Shown here: piece after piece, positions 30,038-39,236 of the stretch
Position numbering within the stretch: position 1 is the stretch's first letter
Layout of the letters: each line of letters starts with the position of its first letter
Origin: a virus
Strand: one strand, 5' to 3'
Length of the DNA: 64,000 bases
Virus record (IMG/VR): IMGVR_UViG_3300031918_000005
Span: 103,486-167,485 of that record
Translations under genes and position numbers: made by a program
The notes under the pieces: model-generated
Told to the model about the DNA's origin: nothing
The model's input: only the letters and a program-made list of their open reading frames with translations
Database searches by the model: none

Positions 30038-31636
30038 ATGAACGAAAAAGTACAGATAAAATCAGGTGCTGATGCAAGAAGTATTATACTTGAAGGAGCA
30101 AAACAGCTATGCGATATTGTGTCATCCACACTTGGACCAGGAGGTAAAAATGTTTTGCTAAAGCATTTGAATGAAAAAATTATACAATCAACAAAAGATG
30201 GTGTAACCGTTGCGAGATTTATCGAACTTGAAAACGAATGGGAAAACATAGGTAGTAATCTTTTGAAGCAATCATCTATGCGTACAGCAATAAATGCTGG
30301 TGATGGAACTACATCAACAGTTATATTTGCTTATTCTTTGATGTGTGAAATAAATGAATTCCTTAAAAATAACCCTGATTACAATGTTCACAAACTTCGT
30401 GATGAATTGAACACATGTAAGGATTTGATGATTGAATATATTAAGGAAAAATCTATCATATCAAAAACAAATCAAGATATTAGAAATATTGCTATGATTT
30501 CAACAAATGGCGATGAAAAAATTTCAAACTTGATTGCATCTGCTTATGAAAAATTTGGTAATGAACATGGTGCTATTGTTGTTGAACCGTCGCCATCAAC
30601 CGAAACATCCATTTCAATTCAAAGTGGTATCAAAGTGGCTTCAGGATATACAAGTTATATGTTTATGACAGATACAAACAAAATGGTTTGTGAATTGAAC
30701 AATTGTGGTGTACTTATAACAGACCAACCTATATCAAAAGGTTCTGATATGTTAAAACTTCTTGGTGTTGTTAACGATAAACATGATTCATTGCTTATCA
30801 TTGCTGAAAATATTGAAGGTGAGGCTGTTCAAACTCTTGTTGCAAACCATTTACAGAAGAAAATGCAAATATGTCTAGTTAAACCAACATTCTATGGTGA
30901 AAGAAGAAAAGATTATTTGTCAATGATTGCTTCTGCAATAAATTCAAAACCTTTTTACGTTGAATCAGGAAATAAATTATCTGATTTCAGCAATGAATAT
31001 GTTGGTACTGCTGAAAAAGTTATAATTACAAAAGATGAAACAACAATCCAAATTTATGAAAATAATAAAGTAAAACTGGATTTCAAAATTGCTGAAATAA
31101 CTTCCAATATTAAATCGATGGTTGATAAAGGAGTTCCCGAAGAAAGCGAAGATATTCAATGGAAACGAAATTTATTATCATTCGCAAAAGGTAATATAGC
31201 TACAATCCGACTTGGTGGCAACTCCGATACTGAAATATATGAAGTTAAAGATAGAATTGATGATGCAATAGCTGCGGTAAAATCATCACTTGAAGAAGGT
31301 GTATCAGTTGGTGCTGGTGTATCATATATTAGAGCAGCAAATTCTTTACCAAGTACATTGACTGCTGACTTAATCAAATCGGCATCTTGTTCTATAAAAA
31401 GAAAATTATTGAGCAATTTATGTGCAAAAGATATTGATATATTGATTAACTTTGATATCATAAGTAAAGGAAATTCAGGCATTAATAGAGATTTTGAAAG
31501 GGTTGATTTAATGGAATCTGGTATTATCGACCCGACAAAAGTTGTCAGAAACTGTGTTGAAAATGCTGTTTCTGTAGCAACAATGTTCTTACTTACTGAT
31601 AATATTGCTATGAAAGTTGAAGATTTGTTAATCTAA
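30038..31636 (+). CDS. groEL: chaperonin GroEL
   Basis: TLGPGGKNV, TKDGVTVA, AGDGTTS, KDRIDDA, GIIDPTKV. Confidence 0.93.
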   Translation: MNEKVQIKSGADARSIILEGAKQLCDIVSSTLGPGGKNVLLKHLNEKIIQSTKDGVTVARFIELENEWENIGSNLLKQSSMRTAINAGDGTTSTVIFAYSLMCEINEFLKNNPDYNVHKLRDELNTCKDLMIEYIKEKSIISKTNQDIRNIAMISTNGDEKISNLIASAYEKFGNEHGAIVVEPSPSTETSISIQSGIKVASGYTSYMFMTDTNKMVCELNNCGVLITDQPISKGSDMLKLLGVVNDKHDSLLIIAENIEGEAVQTLVANHLQKKMQICLVKPTFYGERRKDYLSMIASAINSKPFYVESGNKLSDFSNEYVGTAEKVIITKDETTIQIYENNKVKLDFKIAEITSNIKSMVDKGVPEESEDIQWKRNLLSFAKGNIATIRLGGNSDTEIYEVKDRIDDAIAAVKSSLEEGVSVGAGVSYIRAANSLPSTLTADLIKSASCSIKRKLLSNLCAKDIDILINFDIISKGNSGINRDFERVDLMESGIIDPTKVVRNCVENAVSVATMFLLTDNIAMKVEDLLI

Positions 31637-31713
31637 TAAGAAACCAACTTATTATATAAAATATAAAATATTTTGAATTTTTGAACCTAATGTTAAATTA
31701 AAATTTTTGAAAA

Positions 31714-32976
31714 ATGAGTGAAAATGTAGAAAAAAATGAAACTTTTGAATTCAATGGAATTTTTGAAGTAAAAGCCGAAGATTTTGAACAAAAAAATCAG
31801 AGCATGTTGTCTGAAGATTTCTATCAAACGAAATTGGATGATGAAAAAGTAAAGGATGGTCGTTATGTAACAACTGGTCGTTTAGTACCTGATGTTAATT
31901 GCGGTGAAATAAGAAAAGATAGAGTAACAAAACATGTTTATTATCTTCCTAATCCCGAAGACCCTACCAAAAAAATGTATGTTGATGCTCCAAGCAACAA
32001 CCCAAAATCGAAAGATCTATGTACAGCAGCTTATATGAAGCATGTTTATGACAAAGGAAAAAATTACGACCAATCGACACCTATCCAGTTGTCTAAAAAA
32101 TTGGAAGTTCTTAAACGAAACACGTACCATTATGCCTTATTTTTGATTTATGATGATATTCAGCATCCTGAATTGAATGGTAAAATCAAAATCATGAGAT
32201 TTGGTAAAGTTTTGAACGACAAATTGGATTTCCTACTTAAGGGTGATCAGGCTCTTAAAAAGAAACCTATTGTACCGTTTGATCTAATTAATGGTAAAGA
32301 TTTAACTATTGTCGTGTCGGAGGGTAATCAAAATTTACCAACTTATGAACAAAGTTTCTTCAATGATGGAATTTGTGGTATATCTTTTGATTGTGGTAAA
32401 AGTACAGTAGCTGAATTTAATGCAGAAACAGGGAGACAAATTTTTGATTTCCTAAAATTGAATTCACCTGATTTAACACAAACTTATTATAAAGGTACAT
32501 CTGAAGCAGATGAAAAACTTTTAACAGAATGTGTTAAAAGTGCCTTTGGTGAGCAATATTATGACAAATTTTGTGAGTTATACTTTGAAGTATACGGTAC
32601 TCCTTATGTTCCTAATTACAACAATGTTACAAATGTTAAAGAAGAATCTACAACATCTAGCGTAGCAGATGGCAGACCTGCAGCAGTTGTTACTCAACCT
32701 GCAGCAGTTGTTACTACTGATAAAGCAGTTGTTACTGAATCTAGTACTACATCAAATTTCAAATCGTTGAAAGAATCTGCTGTTGAAACAGTAGCAGAAG
32801 CACCTATTGAAACTGCGCCAATTACGACAGTTGTTGAAACAGTAGCAGAAGCACCTATTGTGACTGCACCAATCGCCACAACAGTTGAAACAGTAGCAGA
32901 AGCACCAATCGCCACATCAGAGGCATCAGAGTATTCAACTCTTGATTTTGATAAAATCCCTGATGATATAAAATAA
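31714..32976 (+). CDS. single-stranded DNA-binding protein (gp32-like)
   Basis: HPELNGKIKIMRFGKVL...PFDLINGKDL...PTYEQSFF; acidic low-complexity tail. Confidence 0.8.
   Translation: MSENVEKNETFEFNGIFEVKAEDFEQKNQSMLSEDFYQTKLDDEKVKDGRYVTTGRLVPDVNCGEIRKDRVTKHVYYLPNPEDPTKKMYVDAPSNNPKSKDLCTAAYMKHVYDKGKNYDQSTPIQLSKKLEVLKRNTYHYALFLIYDDIQHPELNGKIKIMRFGKVLNDKLDFLLKGDQALKKKPIVPFDLINGKDLTIVVSEGNQNLPTYEQSFFNDGICGISFDCGKSTVAEFNAETGRQIFDFLKLNSPDLTQTYYKGTSEADEKLLTECVKSAFGEQYYDKFCELYFEVYGTPYVPNYNNVTNVKEESTTSSVADGRPAAVVTQPAAVVTTDKAVVTESSTTSNFKSLKESAVETVAEAPIETAPITTVVETVAEAPIVTAPIATTVETVAEAPIATSEASEYSTLDFDKIPDDIK
32678..32915 (+). repeat. coding tandem repeats in the gp32 tail
   Basis: 21-bp PAAVVT units; gttgaaacagtagcagaagcacc at 32782, 32833 and 32884 (51-bp period). 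Confidence 0.85.
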
Positions 32977-32995
32977 GCTTAAAAGCTGAATACTT

Positions 32996-33031
32996 AAAAG
33001 CCTGAAATTGCTTTAGCAATTTCAGGCTTTT
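32996..33031. terminator. bidirectional terminator between convergent genes
   Basis: aaaagcctgaaattgc/gcaatttcaggctttt stem. Confidence 0.85.
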
Positions 33032-34663
33032 TTATGCTTTATAGGCTTCTATGTTTAAATTAACACACCCCATATAATCTTCTGAAGGATCAAATTCATC
33101 TTTATAATATACTCCACTGCTGTCAGTCCAATCTCCTCTGATTATAGCTATTTGATTGTTATCGACTTTTATATTACCTAAGTCATCAATATACCCACTT
33201 TCTTGAGCAACAAATATTACTTTTACTGAATATATATTTTCTAAATCATGTAATATAGAAACTATATCAGAATGTATTATACATGATGTTGAACTTCTGT
33301 TTAAAAGGTAATTACTTAAAGCATTCAATATATATTGGCGTACTATCAGCATGCTTGATATGTCAGAATCAGAATCTTTATTAAGTTCACAATAAACCAT
33401 CATTATAAAATTTTTTATTACAGGGTCTGAAATATTTATGGTTATATTTGCTGATTTTATTCCAGCTTCTTGAATTTGTGTTAATATTTGTGTTTTTTCA
33501 TTATCTATAAGTAAAAATTTGTCTTTACTTATAGTGAAATAATTATCACCACTTACTAGTCTATTTTTTAATAACGGAACTAAGTATACAGAATATTCAT
33601 TTATATTATCGACTGTCTTTTTATATATATTGATTGATGAAAAATAATTCATTTTATTGAAGAAATAATTTATAGACCTGTCATCGTGTATAATAAAACT
33701 TCTTGAAATATTTGGTGCTAATACCTTTGTTAAATTTATATCTTCAGAATTTGCACCAAGTGTTGGTAATATGTTGTTGTTGGCATAAAAAATGTCGCTC
33801 ATATCAACTTCTTTACCATTACCATCAAAACAAGTATCTGTTAAATTCCAGACGGTTTTGTTGTTTAATATATTACCAAGTGTACCATTTGTTGTTAATA
33901 CATTAACCTTTATTTCCGAGCCAAGAGAGGGTACTTCTTGGAAGTTCTTTTTACCAAATATTATGTCAATACCTGAAGTCATTCCAGTTTTAACGAGAAC
34001 ACCAGCAGTACCATATGGAATGTCATAAAGCGATACAAATTGCTCGTATAATTTTCCATTAACAAAAATTTCAACAAATGAATCATCATACATTTGATAC
34101 TGTAAATTTGGTAATTCAAATGTTTGTATATTTTCACCAGTTCCAGTGAAAGTGTGTGTTTCAATTACACCTTCTATTATTGGAACTGAAAGCTCTTTAA
34201 TATCATCAAGATTAAATGTCTTGAAATCTGTATTCAACAAAATCGTATACTGGAGTCCAGTATCAACATTCAAAACTCTTGTGTAATTCGAAATATGAAC
34301 TTTATTACCAGCAACTTCAGTTTCTATGGAAGGTTTTTTAATCAATATAATGTTACCTCTTGCAGAAGACCCTCTGAAAGCATTGTGTCCTTGTAATCTT
34401 GAAAGACCATGAACTGAATGAATTCTATTGGCTGTTTTGAAATTTGATTGATTTGATGAATCAGTTATATAATACACAACATTGTTTACATGATTCTGTA
34501 AAACAAGTGTTAACTGACCAAATACTGATGAATACGAAAATGTGCGTAAATTATTTTTAAATCTAGTTATAAGATTAGTTGTGACTTCATTTATAGCATC
34601 AATAGCTCTAACCTTATTTTTTGGTATCAAATTTTTTTCTATGTTGTCATTATTTACAGCCAT
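33032..34663 (-). CDS. baseplate wedge protein (gp6/baseplate J-like)
   Basis: TANRIHSVHGLSRLQGH, IIFG...PSLGSEIKVNVLTTNGTLGN, GANSEDI. Confidence 0.75.
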   Translation of the reverse strand: MAVNNDNIEKNLIPKNKVRAIDAINEVTTNLITRFKNNLRTFSYSSVFGQLTLVLQNHVNNVVYYITDSSNQSNFKTANRIHSVHGLSRLQGHNAFRGSSARGNIILIKKPSIETEVAGNKVHISNYTRVLNVDTGLQYTILLNTDFKTFNLDDIKELSVPIIEGVIETHTFTGTGENIQTFELPNLQYQMYDDSFVEIFVNGKLYEQFVSLYDIPYGTAGVLVKTGMTSGIDIIFGKKNFQEVPSLGSEIKVNVLTTNGTLGNILNNKTVWNLTDTCFDGNGKEVDMSDIFYANNNILPTLGANSEDINLTKVLAPNISRSFIIHDDRSINYFFNKMNYFSSINIYKKTVDNINEYSVYLVPLLKNRLVSGDNYFTISKDKFLLIDNEKTQILTQIQEAGIKSANITINISDPVIKNFIMMVYCELNKDSDSDISSMLIVRQYILNALSNYLLNRSSTSCIIHSDIVSILHDLENIYSVKVIFVAQESGYIDDLGNIKVDNNQIAIIRGDWTDSSGVYYKDEFDPSEDYMGCVNLNIEAYKA

Positions 34664-34679
34664 AATTCTTAATTTTTAT

Positions 34680-34952
34680 TTATTGTGATATTTCCCATCC
34701 AAACGATTTGGCAAGGTCTAATGCTGGTTGTTCATCAACCAATCCTGCAGCTATTAATCTATGATAATAATCTTTTATGCGTGATAAATGGTCTATGGCT
34801 ATTTCTCTTGCTATTGATGTAGTACTACTATGTTCAACTTCAACCAAGCATCCAACTTGTAATTCTTCTTGGTCTAATGTTGAAGTATCTGTTTCGTCAC
34901 CATCACCACCTTTTATAATATCTATCGATTCAAACACTTTTAATTTTTTCAT
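34680..34952 (-). CDS. DUF5661-like protein
   Basis: ELQVGCLVEVEH...AREIAIDHL...DYYHRL; start MKKLKVFES at 34952. Confidence 0.65.
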   Translation of the reverse strand: MKKLKVFESIDIIKGGDGDETDTSTLDQEELQVGCLVEVEHSSTTSIAREIAIDHLSRIKDYYHRLIAAGLVDEQPALDLAKSFGWEISQ

Positions 34953-34963
34953 ATATTCAATTT

Positions 34964-36766
34964 TTAATATACTATACCTCCAGCACATTGAGAATCGGTG
35001 GCATTAACATATAGATTGTCTTTAACATTTTTATCTTGGAATTCTACCGAAGCACCATTTGAATTTGTTTTTAATTTATCATCATCACCAATAATTTCTT
35101 CCAACATTCCTGAAAGCGGTAAATATGTTCTTCCTTGACCCGAATTCATTATTGCTTGTATATCGGAACTATCCATTTTTCTAGCTCTTTTTAAGCTAAC
35201 TTCTAAAGTCCATTGAGTTGGAAAATCATCAAATCCTAAATCATCTCCTGGAGTTATAGTAAAATCTTCACAAATTAAATTACCTATAGTATAAATTGGG
35301 TTGTAAGGATTACCAACAACCAAATGATATTCACCAACTGGAACACCTGATACCAATGAGTGAATGGCAACAATATTTGGTCTTGATTTTCTTGTTGCTA
35401 CATCAAGCATTTTTGTACCACTCATTTTAGCACCACCAAGTAAATCACTAAACAATGTTTGCCAATTTCCTGACATCATATTTTTCCAAAGTCCTGACAA
35501 CGCATCACCAGCCTTACCCATAGTAGAACCTACACTATCAGCCATAGATTTGAAAAACCCACCATAATCACCTGAATATAATTTGTGATAATCACCTAAA
35601 AATCCGTATTGCTCCATGTGTCTTGGTAAGAATCTGTTAGCTCCACCCCACCATTTTGCATGATAAAAAGTTAAAGCAAGCATATTGCTGATTAAATCCA
35701 ACATGGCCAATTTTGGATTTATGTTTTTATATGATTTTAATTCATATTCAAATTTTAATTTGAAAGCTAAATCAGCACCAATACCAGTATCTCTTGTCAT
35801 TGTGTCTTTGATTACATTAATCGGTCCAAGAACTTTATGAATATATGATACATCCCTCGATGCTTTTATTGCATCGATTTGAGAACTGTGTTCACCTGAT
35901 ATATCTGAATATTGATTTGTTCCAGTTAGTGCTGTAGCTTGTGATGCGTATGTCATACCACTACCAACAGCACTCTGTAAATTTATTCCAGCCAACCTAT
36001 TACCAAGTGAAACATTTGGAACAAATCCACTTATAAATCCCTTTTGTTGCTCAAGAGTTGGTATATTTGCTTGAGCTTCATCCCAAATTTGTGCAGATAC
36101 ATTTTTCCATCCAATCTTACCTGTTATTGAAAATAATGATGACAATGTGTTACCAGTTGGATCACCGAAGTAAGTTATTGCCTGTGCAACTGGTTTTATA
36201 TCGGTTCTATTTGAATTTGTAAATTGTAAATTGTCATATACTGGATATGCAAATCGCCTTAAAGTTAAAAGTCGGTTTAAAGGGATCTTTTTATAATACT
36301 TTGCATAAAGGAAATCATTTGCATAATATGGCATTGCGGACATCTTATCAGGTGCAAAATCTGTCAATAAATTGCCGATTGTTAATTCTGGTTTATCTTT
36401 TTTATGTGAAAAAACACCATCTTCATCTTTTTTATCATAGAAATCATTTATACTATTACAAAATGAGTGAGTGAATAAAATATAATTATTAAACAGCGAA
36501 TTAACACCATTTATACTCTGACCAGCAGTATAATTTTTATCAGCTTTTCCTTGATGTGTATACATTCTCATACCATTACCACTCATCAAAGATGTTTTTG
36601 GTTTATTAACAGGGTCGGATTTAGGCTTGCTTGTACCTTTGAAAGAACCGTTTGTATAAGATTGCTTTTCAGGTATATTGTTTTTTATAGAACCAGCACC
36701 TGAAACATCTTTCAATGATTCATTTGGAGTTACCAATTTTTCTAAAGATTGAGATGCCTCTGTCAT
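34964..36766 (-). CDS. putative virion structural (baseplate/tail) protein
   Basis: 600 aa, upstream of the gp6-like gene, TAAATA leader; function not recognised. Confidence 0.4.
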   Translation of the reverse strand: MTEASQSLEKLVTPNESLKDVSGAGSIKNNIPEKQSYTNGSFKGTSKPKSDPVNKPKTSLMSGNGMRMYTHQGKADKNYTAGQSINGVNSLFNNYILFTHSFCNSINDFYDKKDEDGVFSHKKDKPELTIGNLLTDFAPDKMSAMPYYANDFLYAKYYKKIPLNRLLTLRRFAYPVYDNLQFTNSNRTDIKPVAQAITYFGDPTGNTLSSLFSITGKIGWKNVSAQIWDEAQANIPTLEQQKGFISGFVPNVSLGNRLAGINLQSAVGSGMTYASQATALTGTNQYSDISGEHSSQIDAIKASRDVSYIHKVLGPINVIKDTMTRDTGIGADLAFKLKFEYELKSYKNINPKLAMLDLISNMLALTFYHAKWWGGANRFLPRHMEQYGFLGDYHKLYSGDYGGFFKSMADSVGSTMGKAGDALSGLWKNMMSGNWQTLFSDLLGGAKMSGTKMLDVATRKSRPNIVAIHSLVSGVPVGEYHLVVGNPYNPIYTIGNLICEDFTITPGDDLGFDDFPTQWTLEVSLKRARKMDSSDIQAIMNSGQGRTYLPLSGMLEEIIGDDDKLKTNSNGASVEFQDKNVKDNLYVNATDSQCAGGIVY

Positions 36767-36862
36767 ATTATTTTTAATTATTTACAAAAAAAGTTTTACT
36801 GTCATTATGTGACAAATATGACCGATTTGTTGTATAAATTAATAAACTTTATATAAATTAAT

Positions 36863-37123
36863 ATGGAACTTAAAGATTCTCTTGAAAAACAAGATGAAAG
36901 AGCCGAAAATGAAGAAAAACTAAATCATTTAACAGCCTTAACATTTGTTTATAGAACTATCGGAATGTCGGTTGATGTAAAAGATGCATTATTGATTGAA
37001 AAATTTACTGATTTCGTTAAAGATAAAACAATGACTGATATCAAATTGTCTGATATTGATGAAATAATAAAAGAATCAAACAAAGATTTTGAAGCTATCA
37101 TAGCGAAATCAACACTTGTATAA
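36863..37123 (+). CDS. hypothetical protein
   Basis: first gene of the deaminase-kinase operon. Confidence 0.55.
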   Translation: MELKDSLEKQDERAENEEKLNHLTALTFVYRTIGMSVDVKDALLIEKFTDFVKDKTMTDIKLSDIDEIIKESNKDFEAIIAKSTLV

Positions 37124-37126
37124 ACT

Positions 37127-38158
37127 ATGTTTGCAGAACTTCATACTCATTTAGGTGGTGCTACATCACCTCAAACTTTATTTTCAATAGCTTACGATAG
37201 AGGTTTTAATATAAAAAGGTTTTCCAATTATGAAAATTTTTCAAACTTAATTCGTAATGGTATTGATAGTCGAGCAATTAGAAGAGGTAATGAATTTACT
37301 GAATATCTTGATAGATATAAGATGATTCAGGAAATATGTTCTTATCCACAGTCAATACAAGAATCTGTTTATAAAGTACTTGAAGACTTATACATAAATC
37401 ATAATTACAGACTTGTTGAATTGAAATTCAATCCAGCATTGAGAAATCAAAAAGGATTATATGACCTTGATTCTATAATATTGTCCGCATGTAATGGTAT
37501 TCAAAAAGCCAAAAATATATTCAAAGATTTGGAATGTGGTATAATAATTGAATCAGACCAATCATTCCCACTTAAGCTTACTCAAATTATTTTTGAGAAA
37601 GCTGTTAAATTTAAGAATTTTGGTGTAATTGGTGTCGATATTTCAGGATTTTATGGTGATTATTCACATAATCTCTATGGTGGTTTTTATAAGGAAGTAT
37701 TCAAATATGTTAAAGATAACGGATTAAAGATAACTTTACATCTTGGTGAAACACTTGTTGACGTGCCGAAGGAATCAGAAAGAAAATCACTTGAAGATTT
37801 TAAATCTATAATTGAACAAGTTGATAGAATAGGTCATGGTGTTCAGTTTTTATTATATTCTAAATTTGCCACTGATTTAATAAGAGCGTTAAAAATTCCA
37901 ATAGAATTTTGCCCAAATTCAAATTTAAAAACAAAGGTTATAAATCAGGAAGAAATAGAAACTGTTGTTACAAAAGCACATTATAACGATATTGATATAG
38001 TTTTGTGTACCGATGGTCATGTTTTCAATGGAAATTTTGAAGACAATCTCAAGACAATACAACACTGTGTGAAGGATAAAGACATTTTTGAAGTATTCAA
38101 AAATTCGGTATCAAATTTTGATAGAACTAAAAAACATTCATTCATTAATATTTTATAG
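37127..38158 (+). CDS. adenosine/AMP deaminase family protein
   Basis: AELHTHLGG, TLHLGE, DRIGHG, EFCPNSN, CTDG. Confidence 0.88.
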   Translation: MFAELHTHLGGATSPQTLFSIAYDRGFNIKRFSNYENFSNLIRNGIDSRAIRRGNEFTEYLDRYKMIQEICSYPQSIQESVYKVLEDLYINHNYRLVELKFNPALRNQKGLYDLDSIILSACNGIQKAKNIFKDLECGIIIESDQSFPLKLTQIIFEKAVKFKNFGVIGVDISGFYGDYSHNLYGGFYKEVFKYVKDNGLKITLHLGETLVDVPKESERKSLEDFKSIIEQVDRIGHGVQFLLYSKFATDLIRALKIPIEFCPNSNLKTKVINQEEIETVVTKAHYNDIDIVLCTDGHVFNGNFEDNLKTIQHCVKDKDIFEVFKNSVSNFDRTKKHSFINIL

Positions 38159-38159
38159 C

Positions 38160-38648
38160 ATGTTTGGTAAAAAAATTATATTGGTAGGTGCTGGAGCATC
38201 AGGAAAAGATTATTTCAGACAGAACTTCCAAAAACATTTAGGATTGAAATTTAGTTTATCATGTACCACAAGAGAACCAAGAGAAGGTGAAATTGATGGT
38301 AAGGACTATAAATTTATACCAAAAGAAATGTTTGAAAGCTTTATTAAATTTGGTAATATGCTTCAATATGCTGAATTTAATGGAGAATTTTATGGTACTA
38401 CAAAAGATGACTTCAACGAATGTGATTTATTCATAATGTCACCTGATGGCATTGCACAAATGTCACCTGAAGATAGAAAACTTTGTTCTGTCGTGTTTAT
38501 ATTTGCTGATGCTGCTGTAACATATGACAGATTTTTACAAAGAGGATTCAGTGAATTACAAATCGGTCAAAGACTTGTTGCTGATGAAAAATTGTTTAGT
38601 GGATTTAACAACTATGACTATATAATTGTTAATAACTTTAAAGGTTAG
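38160..38648 (+). CDS. gmk: guanylate kinase
   Basis: GAGASGKD, SCTTREPREGEIDGKDYKF, FNGEFYGT. Confidence 0.88.
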   Translation: MFGKKIILVGAGASGKDYFRQNFQKHLGLKFSLSCTTREPREGEIDGKDYKFIPKEMFESFIKFGNMLQYAEFNGEFYGTTKDDFNECDLFIMSPDGIAQMSPEDRKLCSVVFIFADAAVTYDRFLQRGFSELQIGQRLVADEKLFSGFNNYDYIIVNNFKG

Positions 38649-39174
38649 TATCAGTATTTTCACCTTTTGGAAAATCGCCTTTGGAAAGTTGTGTTGTTAT
38701 ATTTGACAGGAATTTGTCACCTGAATCATTATAACCAGTTCTGTATTGTGAAAATTTTTTCCCAGCCAAATAAAGATTTGAAATATAATCATCATCGATT
38801 ATAAACAATCTCCAACCTGAATCTTTGGCATAACCAGTTATTTTATTAGAAGTTGATTTTTGAGAAACAGACCTATGTCTTGATATTTTATTGGTAACAG
38901 TTGAATCTTTTGATGTGTCTGCAACAACATACATTCTTAAGTATGTTATATTTTTCCCTTTTTTATTTGTTCTAGAACCCAAAACGTAAGGCTCACCGAA
39001 CCTTGGACCGCTTGTGTTGTCACCAGTTTTATCAGTATAATAGAAGCTTATATATTGGCGTGATTTTATAGCTGATATAAGGTTGTTAATTTTTACAGAA
39101 CCTATACCCTCAAATATTGGTAATATTTTCTTCTTAACATCATCTACATTCTCAAATAATTTTAATGGCTTCAT
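38638..39174 (-). CDS. WYL-domain-like protein
   Basis: AIKSRQYISFYY...RFGEPYVLG...YLRMY...GWRLF. Confidence 0.6.
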   Translation of the reverse strand: MKPLKLFENVDDVKKKILPIFEGIGSVKINNLISAIKSRQYISFYYTDKTGDNTSGPRFGEPYVLGSRTNKKGKNITYLRMYVVADTSKDSTVTNKISRHRSVSQKSTSNKITGYAKDSGWRLFIIDDDYISNLYLAGKKFSQYRTGYNDSGDKFLSNITTQLSKGDFPKGENTDTNL

Positions 39175-39236
39175 CAAATTTTATTTTATTTAAAGATTGT
39201 GTGCTTTTATGTTTTAAATAAAATAAATTGATAACG

